A stretch of 64,000 nucleotides of DNA. Source: Candidatus Poribacteria bacterium. GTDB taxonomy: Bacteria > Poribacteria > WGA-4E > WGA-3G. Of the stretch, positions 46,235 through 54,445 are shown in pieces. Position numbers and translations under genes: made by a program. The stretch is taken from contig OZ242029.1 of NCBI GenBank assembly GCA_965205015.1, forward strand, positions 3,008,001 to 3,072,000. The letters are read 5' to 3'. Position 1 is the stretch's first letter. Each line of letters begins with the position of its first letter. Below the pieces are notes generated by a model. That model did not search any database and was not told the origin of the DNA. It saw only the letters and a list, made by a program, of their open reading frames with translations.

Positions 46235-48469
46235 ATGCCAAAACTTGTAGCTGCTCTACTGTTATTCATTGCCTATCCTATCCTCCTTTTTGCACACCCA
46301 GAAGGCATGGGTGAACATGTCGTTGACGCCCACCGGATCGTAGGCGAACCCCCGCGAATTGACGGGATACTGGACGACGCTGTGTGGCACCACGCAGAAC
46401 CACAAAGCGGTTTTATTCAACTCGAGCCGTCACGCGGGAATCCCGCAACTGATGACACAGAATTTCGTATCGCTTACGATGTGCATAACCTCTACGTCGC
46501 ATTCCGATGTTACGATGCAGAACCCGACAAGATCGTCAATCGAATGACGCGCCGCGGGAACATCTATGGTTCAGATGTCATCTCCTTCTTTATTGATCCA
46601 CATCACGACCACCGCACCGGCTATAAATTCGCCACAAACCCAGCAGGGGTCCAGAGCGACAATTATCGGTACGAGGACACCCAACGCGACAGCAACTGGA
46701 AAGGAATTTGGTGGGTTGAAAGTAGCATTGATGAATTGGGGTGGAGTGCCGAGTTTAAAATCCCGTTTGCAAACTTTCGGTTCACCGATAAACCAACCCA
46801 GATTTGGGGGTTTGATGTGGAACGGGTAAACCGTCGGAAAAGCGAGGTTACGGTATGGAAGCAATTGACCCAAGCCGGGGTCGTCACGCGGATGTCCGAT
46901 TTAGGACACATCGTGGGTATGCACGCTATTGAAACAGGAAAAAACTTTGAAATCTCACCCTATTTTTTAGGCGGTGGTATGCGTGCGACTGATGCCGATT
47001 TAACACGCCAACTCGGAACAGGTTTGGATGTGCAATACAGTCTCACAAGTGCCCTAAAGGCGAACGTTACAGTCAATCCCGATTTCGCGCAGGTTGAAGC
47101 GGACCAATTAGAGATTAATCTGACCCGCTTCCCGACGCGTTTTCCTGAAAAACGTCCGTTTTTTGTTGAAGGAAACAGCTTTTTTGAAACGCCTTATGAC
47201 CTGATGTTCAGTCGGCGTATCGGGAGTCGTGGGAACATCCTTTGGGGGAGTAAACTTACGGGTAAAGTCGGTAACTATTCCGTCGGCGTCTTGGGAAACC
47301 AGACGGGTGAATTCAGGTTTTCTGAGAGTACACCGTCCGAAAAGGAGGAGGCATGGTTCTCTGCAATCCGTGTTAAACGCGACATCCTCAAACGTTCGAA
47401 CATTGGGGTCCTATTGGTGAACAAGGAACAGCCCGGTCGTGAAAACTGGCGTCATAGCCGAGTGGGTGGCGTTGATATGAACCTCGCTTTAGGCAAAACG
47501 TATCATCTCACGGGACAATATGCGGGGAGTTTCCATCCCGGCGAAGATCGTGATAACTTTGCGTATACGGTTGACTTCGCACAGCGTAACTATCTCTGGA
47601 GCAGCGACATTGGGTTTGAACGGGTCGGTCCGAATTTTGAAATTAATCAGACGGGATTTTTACGAAAGGAACGAAACCGCGGCTGGCAACGCGTCTCTAT
47701 GCGGAGTTCTTATTCTCCACATTGGGGAAAGCACCAATTTTTTTCTCGTATAATCGCTCGTCTCTCTCAAAGTCTTTATACCCCCGCGTATTTTGCGGCG
47801 TGGAGAGAACGTAACCCAGTGTTGTCCCTCTCACCTGAATTTGATGAAGATTTGCTCAGATGGAGTGCGGGTGCCGACGTTGGGATGGATTTCAGGGAAA
47901 TCCTTTTGGATGACCTTAATGTTTACTATTTCCGAAGTCGGGAAGTTGAGCTCACGGAGGTATTTACGACAAATAGATACGGGTTTGAGATTGACACCAA
48001 CTCCACATATCCAATTGCTATCGGGGTCGCTGTAGATTTCGCCGACTATTTTAACTTCAGTCGGCAACAAGCGGGTAAACAGCGGAGTCTCACGCTTGAA
48101 TCTACGATCCGTCCACGGAGCAATTTGTCCATAGAATTAGACGGCGGCTATGCCCAGAGTTTTGATTTAGAAGGTGCGATTGATGGCAGGTTTTTCGTCA
48201 GTTCATTGCGTACGACGTATTTGTTCACGCGAGAGTCGTTTCTCCGAATGTTCGCGCAAGCCAATAGGGAACGCCTATTTTCTATGGAGATTCACCAGAC
48301 GTATCTGCTCAGTTTTCTCTTTGGATGGGAATATAATCCAAAGAGCCACCTTTTCGTTGCATATAACGAGGCGTGGGGTGATGCGCCTGTTGGGACAGCC
48401 TCCGATCGGGCGTTACAACTGGAAAACCGTGTCATTGTCATTAAAGTAACGTATCTCTATAACCTATAG
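46235..48469 (+). CDS. CBM9-like domain + DUF5916-type outer-membrane beta-barrel protein
   Basis: Signal peptide, PRIDG.LDD..W, WSAEFKIPF, TVNPDFAQVEAD, FPEKRPFF.EG, C-terminal KVTYL. Confidence 0.88.
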   Translation: MPKLVAALLLFIAYPILLFAHPEGMGEHVVDAHRIVGEPPRIDGILDDAVWHHAEPQSGFIQLEPSRGNPATDDTEFRIAYDVHNLYVAFRCYDAEPDKIVNRMTRRGNIYGSDVISFFIDPHHDHRTGYKFATNPAGVQSDNYRYEDTQRDSNWKGIWWVESSIDELGWSAEFKIPFANFRFTDKPTQIWGFDVERVNRRKSEVTVWKQLTQAGVVTRMSDLGHIVGMHAIETGKNFEISPYFLGGGMRATDADLTRQLGTGLDVQYSLTSALKANVTVNPDFAQVEADQLEINLTRFPTRFPEKRPFFVEGNSFFETPYDLMFSRRIGSRGNILWGSKLTGKVGNYSVGVLGNQTGEFRFSESTPSEKEEAWFSAIRVKRDILKRSNIGVLLVNKEQPGRENWRHSRVGGVDMNLALGKTYHLTGQYAGSFHPGEDRDNFAYTVDFAQRNYLWSSDIGFERVGPNFEINQTGFLRKERNRGWQRVSMRSSYSPHWGKHQFFSRIIARLSQSLYTPAYFAAWRERNPVLSLSPEFDEDLLRWSAGADVGMDFREILLDDLNVYYFRSREVELTEVFTTNRYGFEIDTNSTYPIAIGVAVDFADYFNFSRQQAGKQRSLTLESTIRPRSNLSIELDGGYAQSFDLEGAIDGRFFVSSLRTTYLFTRESFLRMFAQANRERLFSMEIHQTYLLSFLFGWEYNPKSHLFVAYNEAWGDAPVGTASDRALQLENRVIVIKVTYLYNL

Positions 48470-48583
48470 GAATTGGCAGTCAGCAAGATAGCAAAGAAGC
48501 CGTTAACTATTTCCGCTGAATATCTCTGAAATGCGGTCCTAAAAATTGTAATAAAAAGAGTGGAGATGTGATATAATAAAGTT

Positions 48584-48952
48584 ATGAAAGATTTTTTACT
48601 GCTATTCTTCAACGTTTTACTAACCGTCATCGGACAGATTTTGTTTAAACACGGTATGAACACAATCGGTCGTATCAATAGTTTACGGAGTGCTATGGAC
48701 AAATTGGTCCAGGCGTTCCTGAACCCTTATATCCTCAGTGGGATTGCGATATATGGCTTTACAACGCTCGTCTGGTTGATTATCCTGTCGCGTGTTAAAC
48801 TGAGCATTGCGTATCCGATGTTAAGTTCTGGGTATGTGCTGTCGATCCTGTTTTCTTGGATGTTTTTCAAGGAATCTGTTCCGAAGATTCGTATCATGGG
48901 TGCTCTGATCATCTGTATCGGGGTCTACCTTGTGGCACAAGGGGAGTCTTAA
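48584..48952 (+). CDS. EamA/SMR-family (ArnE/F-like) small transporter
   Basis: GQILFK.G, W...LSRV.LS.AYP, FFKE; preceded by TGnTATAAT 6 nt before ATG. Confidence 0.88.
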   Translation: MKDFLLLFFNVLLTVIGQILFKHGMNTIGRINSLRSAMDKLVQAFLNPYILSGIAIYGFTTLVWLIILSRVKLSIAYPMLSSGYVLSILFSWMFFKESVPKIRIMGALIICIGVYLVAQGES

Positions 48953-48955
48953 TCA

Positions 48956-49414
48956 ATGGTAGACCCCGCAAACGCGCGTGTCACCGCCAGCAATTCTCGA
49001 GGCACGGAAGGGAAATCTGCTGATCGTTCTTTCGTTGCGATGGTCCTGTCCGCCATTTTTCCAGGACTCGGTCAACTCTACTTAGGGCAATTTCCGAAAG
49101 CGGTTATCCTTTTTGCCATTTTTGCGTCCGCAATTGGTATTTTCTACCTAAATTCGTTGCCCGTAACGGGATGGGATGATTTAATGCGGTTCAAACCCGC
49201 AACGCGGGAGAACCCCTCAACAGGTGAAACCGCGAACTCTGAAGCGCAAGAGCCTTATTCGATTCACATCTGGACATTCGACGATGGCGAACAGTTGATG
49301 TACCGTCCCTCTTGGAAACTGAAAATTAGTGCGTCCGTTCAAGGGATTTTATGTTGGCTCTATGCGGTTGGCGATGGGTGGAGAGGCAGGCGTAGAAATA
49401 GAAAACGCCGATAA
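48956..49414 (+). CDS. Membrane protein (PGLGQ motif)
   Basis: LSAIFPGLGQLYLGQ..K; W.YAV.D. Confidence 0.7.
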   Translation: MVDPANARVTASNSRGTEGKSADRSFVAMVLSAIFPGLGQLYLGQFPKAVILFAIFASAIGIFYLNSLPVTGWDDLMRFKPATRENPSTGETANSEAQEPYSIHIWTFDDGEQLMYRPSWKLKISASVQGILCWLYAVGDGWRGRRRNRKRR

Positions 49415-49435
49415 TTGATTTCCTGTAGGAGGGGA

Positions 49436-49629
49436 AGAAATCCGCAGAAATCCGCAGAAATACGCAGAAACACCCAAGCAAAGACACCAAGCAAAGACAC
49501 CAAGCAAATACCCCTATCAATACGCAGAAATACCCAAGCAAAAACACTTCGATTCCTGACGCTTGATCTCTACGGAAAAAAACGTGAAACTATCAACCTA
49601 CCTGACCGAACCACAATGTATAATTAAAG
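49436..49629 (+). repeat. Tandemly expanded (T/C)CGCAGAAA / CACCAAGCAAA module followed by a degenerate element L
   Basis: TCCGCAGAAA TCCGCAGAAA TACGCAGAAA CACCCAAGCAAAGACACCAAGCAAAGACACCAAGC...CTACGGAAAA...CCTGACCGAACCACAATGTATAATTAAAG. Confidence 0.7.
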
Positions 49630-50948
49630 TCTGTAGCATCCTTCTCGTTGTCTTAGTGACCGGGTGCCAAGATGATACGGCGGTTCTCAAAAAGAGTGAA
49701 GAACTTCTGAACGCCGGAACCCCACAAGCAGCAGTGGAAGCACTGGAGGTTTTTATCGAAACGGCACCTGAGGATCCGAGGGCACGGCTGTTATTGGGAA
49801 AAGCCTACAATGACTTGGGGCGTTACACCGACGCCGTTATCGAGCTACAAAAGGCGTCACAACTTTATGCTGCACAACCCGAAGAGCGGATTGCGGCGCG
49901 ACTGGAATTGGCACGTACCTATTTAAGATTCGGTGATAGAAGTTCCGCCTTTCGTGTGCTCCGACTCGTTCAGCGGAGTACGCTGGATCCTGAGGTTTTG
50001 CGCGAAATCATCGAACTCGTGGGAGACAGTTATCATACAAGGCAGTTGACCCGTGGGGATTCAGATAACTATTCACCCACCTTCTCACCGGACGGCACAC
50101 AAATTGCCTTCGCCTCCTTTCGCCTCGACAACGGCGAACTCTATTTAATGGACTTAAACGGACGTATCCAACGCCGTGTAACCTTCACAACGGATTTCAA
50201 CGATAGTTCACCCGCATTCCTCACAACCCCGAACTATCTGTTTTATAGTAGCGAACCGAAATCATCGCGCGAAGTTAAAGTTGTCATCCAAAGCAGCGGT
50301 TCCACGCCGATTTACGCCGGCTTCCATGTAACGCATATTCATAGCAAAATAACGCGAACCGTTTTGCCTGTGAGTTTCGGTGCCCGCGTGCCTCGTAGGT
50401 CACCTGCCGGAAATCAGGTTGTTTATGAATCCAACGTGGATGGAAACCTGGAATTATATCTCCTCGATTTGGCAGGACTCGATCTGGCAGGACTCACACC
50501 AGAAGATGTTGCGCCGAAACGTATTACCTTTAACGAAACCGATGACGGGAGCCCGGCATTCTTCCCGGACGGAAAACGCATCATATTTGTCTCCTCTCGA
50601 AATGAACGAAATCAACTTTATACCGTAGACATTGATGGGAAAAACGAAAAGCATTTCAATCCAAATCGCTATGGGTGTTATAACCCGACGGTGTCGCCGG
50701 ACGGAAAAACGATTGCGTATGTTTCGGCGAGGGACGGTGATTGGGAGATTTATCTCATTGATGCGGATGGTAAAAATGAGCGGCGGATCACCAGCGACAT
50801 CGGTAGGTCTATTCAACCCGCCTTTTCACCTGATGGACGCTACCTCGCGTATGTTTCCGACAGGAGTGATACGTTCCACATCTATCTGATGTCTCTTGAT
50901 AAACCTGTCACGCGTCAGGATTTAGCCAAACGTCTTTTTAACTATTAA
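49563..50948 (+). CDS. TPR + PD40 (TolB-like beta-propeller) lipoprotein; start uncertain
   Basis: LVTGC lipobox, TPRs, repeated P.FSPDG..IAF.S.R.G..EIY. Confidence 0.88.
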   Translation: MISTEKNVKLSTYLTEPQCIIKVCSILLVVLVTGCQDDTAVLKKSEELLNAGTPQAAVEALEVFIETAPEDPRARLLLGKAYNDLGRYTDAVIELQKASQLYAAQPEERIAARLELARTYLRFGDRSSAFRVLRLVQRSTLDPEVLREIIELVGDSYHTRQLTRGDSDNYSPTFSPDGTQIAFASFRLDNGELYLMDLNGRIQRRVTFTTDFNDSSPAFLTTPNYLFYSSEPKSSREVKVVIQSSGSTPIYAGFHVTHIHSKITRTVLPVSFGARVPRRSPAGNQVVYESNVDGNLELYLLDLAGLDLAGLTPEDVAPKRITFNETDDGSPAFFPDGKRIIFVSSRNERNQLYTVDIDGKNEKHFNPNRYGCYNPTVSPDGKTIAYVSARDGDWEIYLIDADGKNERRITSDIGRSIQPAFSPDGRYLAYVSDRSDTFHIYLMSLDKPVTRQDLAKRLFNY

Positions 50949-50978
50949 ATCTGGGCATCGTTCCACTTGCAAGATAAG

Positions 50979-51093
50979 AAAGTTTGCAAGTGTACTAAAG
51001 TTTGCAAGTGCCTAAAGTTGGAAGAGCGGTGTGGATATTCTAACACCTCTTCCAACTTCTAAACTTTAGAACACTTTAGAACACTTTACTTTA
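50979..51093. repeat. Palindromic element with tandemly repeated arms
   Basis: AAAGTTTGCAAGTG x2, core AAGTTGGAAGAG...CTCTTCCAACTT, ACTTTAGAAC x2. Confidence 0.7.
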
Positions 51094-51108
51094 AGGGAAA
51101 CTAAAAAA

Positions 51109-52071
51109 ATGATTCGAGTAACGAAGCCAGAAGGTTTCGGCAACATCCAATTGGAAGAGGTGCCGATACCGGAAATCAATGCACAGCAGGTTCGGGTACA
51201 GGCGGACACGACCTTAATCAGTCGCGGTTCCGAATTGTTTCGACGGTATATCCGGGAAGAGGCTGTTTCACCGTCAATTATGGGGTACTCCCTCACAGGT
51301 GTCGTGGATGCAGTTGGCGAAGAGGTAGAAGATTATCAGGTGGGTCAACGCGTCATGGTTGTAGCACCACACGCCGAATATGTCGTTGCTGAACCGAATG
51401 CGACCGATGGACGCATCGTACCGCTTCTTGACGATGTTAGTTTTGAGGAAGGGACGTTTCTACCGCTTGCCACCAGTGCAGTCGCTTGGTCAGATTCGTC
51501 GGGTGTGAAAGCCGAAGATACCATTGTCATTCTCGGACAAGGCTTAGTGGGAAGCCTTATGATGCAGGTGTTACAAGGCTACAATCCCGCCCGAATTATA
51601 ACCGTGGATGCGTTGCCACTGCGCTGCGAATTATCGGCAAAACTCGGTGCCAATACGGTCATAAACGCTGAGGACGTCGATCCGGTGGAAACGGTTTTGG
51701 GTCTTACGGGTGGCAAAGGGGCGGATCTGGTCATCGATTGTGTCGGAGGCTACGCTGGGGTCAAATCGTTTGAGCAGGCGCAAGATATGACCTGTCGATT
51801 CGGTATTATCCAACTCATCGCGCTCTACCAACAGGCACCCTTACCTCTGCATTCCTCGAAGATGATGAGCAAACGTCTGGTTGCGGGTATTTTGACGGAC
51901 GAACCTCGTTCTCAAATTGCATCGCGCGCCTTGCAAAAGATACAGGATAACGAAATTCGCGCATCTGAGATGATCACCCATCGCTTCCACTATACTGAAG
52001 CGAAGGATGCGTTTGACCTTCTCTGGAATACTCCCGGTGATGCACTCGGAGTTTTGATGAAATGGCGGTAG
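51109..52071 (+). CDS. MDR-superfamily oxidoreductase
   Basis: LISRGSEL, GYSLTGVV..VG, GQGLVG, DCVG, ITHRF. Confidence 0.88.
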   Translation: MIRVTKPEGFGNIQLEEVPIPEINAQQVRVQADTTLISRGSELFRRYIREEAVSPSIMGYSLTGVVDAVGEEVEDYQVGQRVMVVAPHAEYVVAEPNATDGRIVPLLDDVSFEEGTFLPLATSAVAWSDSSGVKAEDTIVILGQGLVGSLMMQVLQGYNPARIITVDALPLRCELSAKLGANTVINAEDVDPVETVLGLTGGKGADLVIDCVGGYAGVKSFEQAQDMTCRFGIIQLIALYQQAPLPLHSSKMMSKRLVAGILTDEPRSQIASRALQKIQDNEIRASEMITHRFHYTEAKDAFDLLWNTPGDALGVLMKWR

Positions 52072-52637
52072 ATTCCTTTCCACGAGAAGTCAACTTCCAA
52101 ACGGAATTGCGTGGTACACGGCTTAGCTTTTCTGCAACGTGGGGACTTTTTTCGCCAAAAGCGATTGATGCAGGAACGCACCTGTTGATTGAGCACCTCG
52201 ATATCCAAGCGGGCGACATCTGTCTCGATCTTGGGTGTGGATATGGTGCCATCGGTATCACGCTCGCGAAATGCGTGCAAACGGCAACCGTCTATATGGT
52301 GGACAAGGATTTCGTAGCGGTTGACTACGCCCGTAAAAACGTAGAACAGCATCGACTCCAGAATTGTCATGTTCTCCTGAGCAATGGGTTTAGCCATCTC
52401 CCCGATATTCAATTCGATCTCATCGCTGCGAACCTACCCGCCAACGTTGGTAAGGAACTCCTACAGATTTTTTTGACCGATGCGAAGCAGCACCTCAAAC
52501 CGAATGGACGGCTTTATGTCGTTACCATCTCAGGACTCCGAGCGTTCATCAAGCGTAATTTTCTGAACATCTTTGGAAACTATCAGAAGGTCAAACAACG
52601 CCACACCCATACCGTTGCTATGGCAACCCGTGTATAA
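52062..52637 (+). CDS. Class I SAM methyltransferase (MTS/RsmC-like small domain)
   Basis: GLFSPK.ID.GT.LL, LDLGCGYG.IG, FD.I..N.P. Confidence 0.9.
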   Translation: MAVDSFPREVNFQTELRGTRLSFSATWGLFSPKAIDAGTHLLIEHLDIQAGDICLDLGCGYGAIGITLAKCVQTATVYMVDKDFVAVDYARKNVEQHRLQNCHVLLSNGFSHLPDIQFDLIAANLPANVGKELLQIFLTDAKQHLKPNGRLYVVTISGLRAFIKRNFLNIFGNYQKVKQRHTHTVAMATRV

Positions 52638-52659
52638 CTGTATTGCTTCCGCAGTGGAC

Positions 52660-52688
52660 TTGACATAAGCACACCCATCAGGTATAAT
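52660..52688 (+). promoter_or_regulatory. Consensus sigma70 promoter
   Basis: TTGACA-17 bp-TATAAT. Confidence 0.8.
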
Positions 52689-52714
52689 TAATATTACAGA
52701 GACAACATATTCGT

Positions 52715-52743
52715 TCACTGACCCGCAAGGAGTAATTAAAAAT
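52715..52743 (+). repeat. Element L, 3' end only
   Basis: CACTGACCCGCAAGGAGTAATTAAAAAT-TTG(start). Confidence 0.6.
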
Positions 52744-54276
52744 TTGAGGTTTTATCATCTACGCGGCTTTGTGTTTGTATGCATGGCGGCGATACTTCTT
52801 AATTTCGGCTTACAAGCAGCGACACCAGCGGACGCTGCGGACAAAACACAACGCACATTCGAGAACATGCTAAACTATCCGCAAGAGCATTGGTATAGTC
52901 TTACCTTGATGAACACCAAGATCGGCTATATGCACACGTCACACGGGCGAGGCTACCTCGCCCCTACGAAAACTGAGTATCAGGGAAAACAGGTCGCTCG
53001 GAATAAAACCGATATTGTTATGAACTTTAAGGCACTTGGGACTGACATAACAGTTGAAATTACCCGCGTTGAATCCATCGGTCCCGACTTAATGCCACTT
53101 CATTTCCTCTCGACCTCTAATGAATCTGGTTTAAAACAGATAGAAGGGCGGGTGATAGATGGCATCGCTCACGTTAAAACAACGCTCAACGGTGAAACGA
53201 CGGAGTCAAAAATTCCGGTGCCACCAGATACTGTGTCTGAGTATACAGGCGTTTCCTCACTGTTAACCCAGAAAGGACTTAAAACAGGCGATAAGCAGAC
53301 CTTTCACGTGTTCGTCTTCGATCTCTTAAAGCCTGTGAAAACGGAGCTTGAGGTTTTAGGAGAAGAGACTCTAACCTATCAGTCAGAGGAGAAGCGGGTC
53401 TACGTTCTGAAACAGACGATGCACATGATGAATGGTATTACCGCAAAACTGTGGATTGACCCTGACGGCGTAAACTATCGAACAGAGGTGCCGTTGATGG
53501 GGCTTTCCATGGTAACGACGAAAACCGACAAGGAAACTGCCCTTGAGGGGACTGAAGAGGTTGACGTTGTTTTAAAAACGCGTATCCTTCCATCTGGCAG
53601 GCTCCCGATTCCAACAGCAAAACACCTTGAGGCAGCAGTGAAACTCCCAACAGGGACCATCGCCGAAGTTGTTATGTCCACCCCTCGACAGAAACTTGAG
53701 ACAAACACTGCACGCGCGGGTAAACTCTCTATTCAGGTTCCATCAATTGTCGCTGAGGACTGTCCGAATCTCCCTATTCGGAATGCAGAAGGTGAATTCT
53801 TAACTGCAAGTGCCTATATCCAAGCCGATCATCCTGACATTCAGGCGCAGGCTGCGGATATCTTAGAAAACGAGGTTAATTCATGGCATGCGGCGGAAAA
53901 ATTATGTCGGTGGGTTTATGCCTCTATTCAGGATAAAAAGATGAGTGGGGGGTTTGCGTCGTCATTAACAGCCCTACAATCGCTCTCGGGAGATTGCACG
54001 GAACATACGGTGTTATTCATCGCGCTGGCGCGTGCTGCTGGCATTCCTGCACGAATCTGTTCCGGTATTGTGTTCGCAAAGGATGCGTTTTACTACCATT
54101 TCTGGCCCGAAGTCTACGTCGGTAAATGGGTACAAATGGACCCAACGTTGGACCAGACCATCGCTGATGCGACCCACATTCAACTCGGTGGAAGTATCTT
54201 GGAGTCGAACAATCTTATGGAATACGCAGCAGATGTTTTCCATACGCTCAATCAACTTGAAATTACGATCTATTAG
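52744..54276 (+). CDS. Secreted transglutaminase-like domain protein
   Basis: Signal peptide; GDCTEH..LF.AL.RA.GIPAR, YHFWPEVY.G.W..MDPT (Cys-His-Asp triad). Confidence 0.9.
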   Translation: MRFYHLRGFVFVCMAAILLNFGLQAATPADAADKTQRTFENMLNYPQEHWYSLTLMNTKIGYMHTSHGRGYLAPTKTEYQGKQVARNKTDIVMNFKALGTDITVEITRVESIGPDLMPLHFLSTSNESGLKQIEGRVIDGIAHVKTTLNGETTESKIPVPPDTVSEYTGVSSLLTQKGLKTGDKQTFHVFVFDLLKPVKTELEVLGEETLTYQSEEKRVYVLKQTMHMMNGITAKLWIDPDGVNYRTEVPLMGLSMVTTKTDKETALEGTEEVDVVLKTRILPSGRLPIPTAKHLEAAVKLPTGTIAEVVMSTPRQKLETNTARAGKLSIQVPSIVAEDCPNLPIRNAEGEFLTASAYIQADHPDIQAQAADILENEVNSWHAAEKLCRWVYASIQDKKMSGGFASSLTALQSLSGDCTEHTVLFIALARAAGIPARICSGIVFAKDAFYYHFWPEVYVGKWVQMDPTLDQTIADATHIQLGGSILESNNLMEYAADVFHTLNQLEITIY

Positions 54277-54443
54277 TTGTCAGTTATCGGTTATCAGTTA
54301 TCAGTCACAAGAGAGGTTTGGTAACACGCATCGTTCTAAATGGGGATTGATACCCAACGAAGATAAGATTGTTAAAAAACCCCTCTTAACTGACGACTGA
54401 CGCCTCTAAAAACTGATGACTGACGACTGACAACTGATAACTA
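54274..54443. repeat. Heptamer-arm palindromic element (family C) filling the intergenic gap
   Basis: TAGTTGTCAGTTATCGGTTATCAGTTATCAG...CTGATGACTGACGACTGACAACTGATAACTA; its first TAG is the upstream stop codon. Confidence 0.85.
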
Positions 54444-54445
54444 AA

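Noticed and set aside
49436-49545. Possible CRISPR array
   Set aside because: Units are 10-12 nt and directly tandem with no unique spacers; no cas genes in the window
54274-54443. Possible CRISPR or iteron array
   Set aside because: Heptamer units form inverted arms of a dispersed repeat; no spacers and no rep gene
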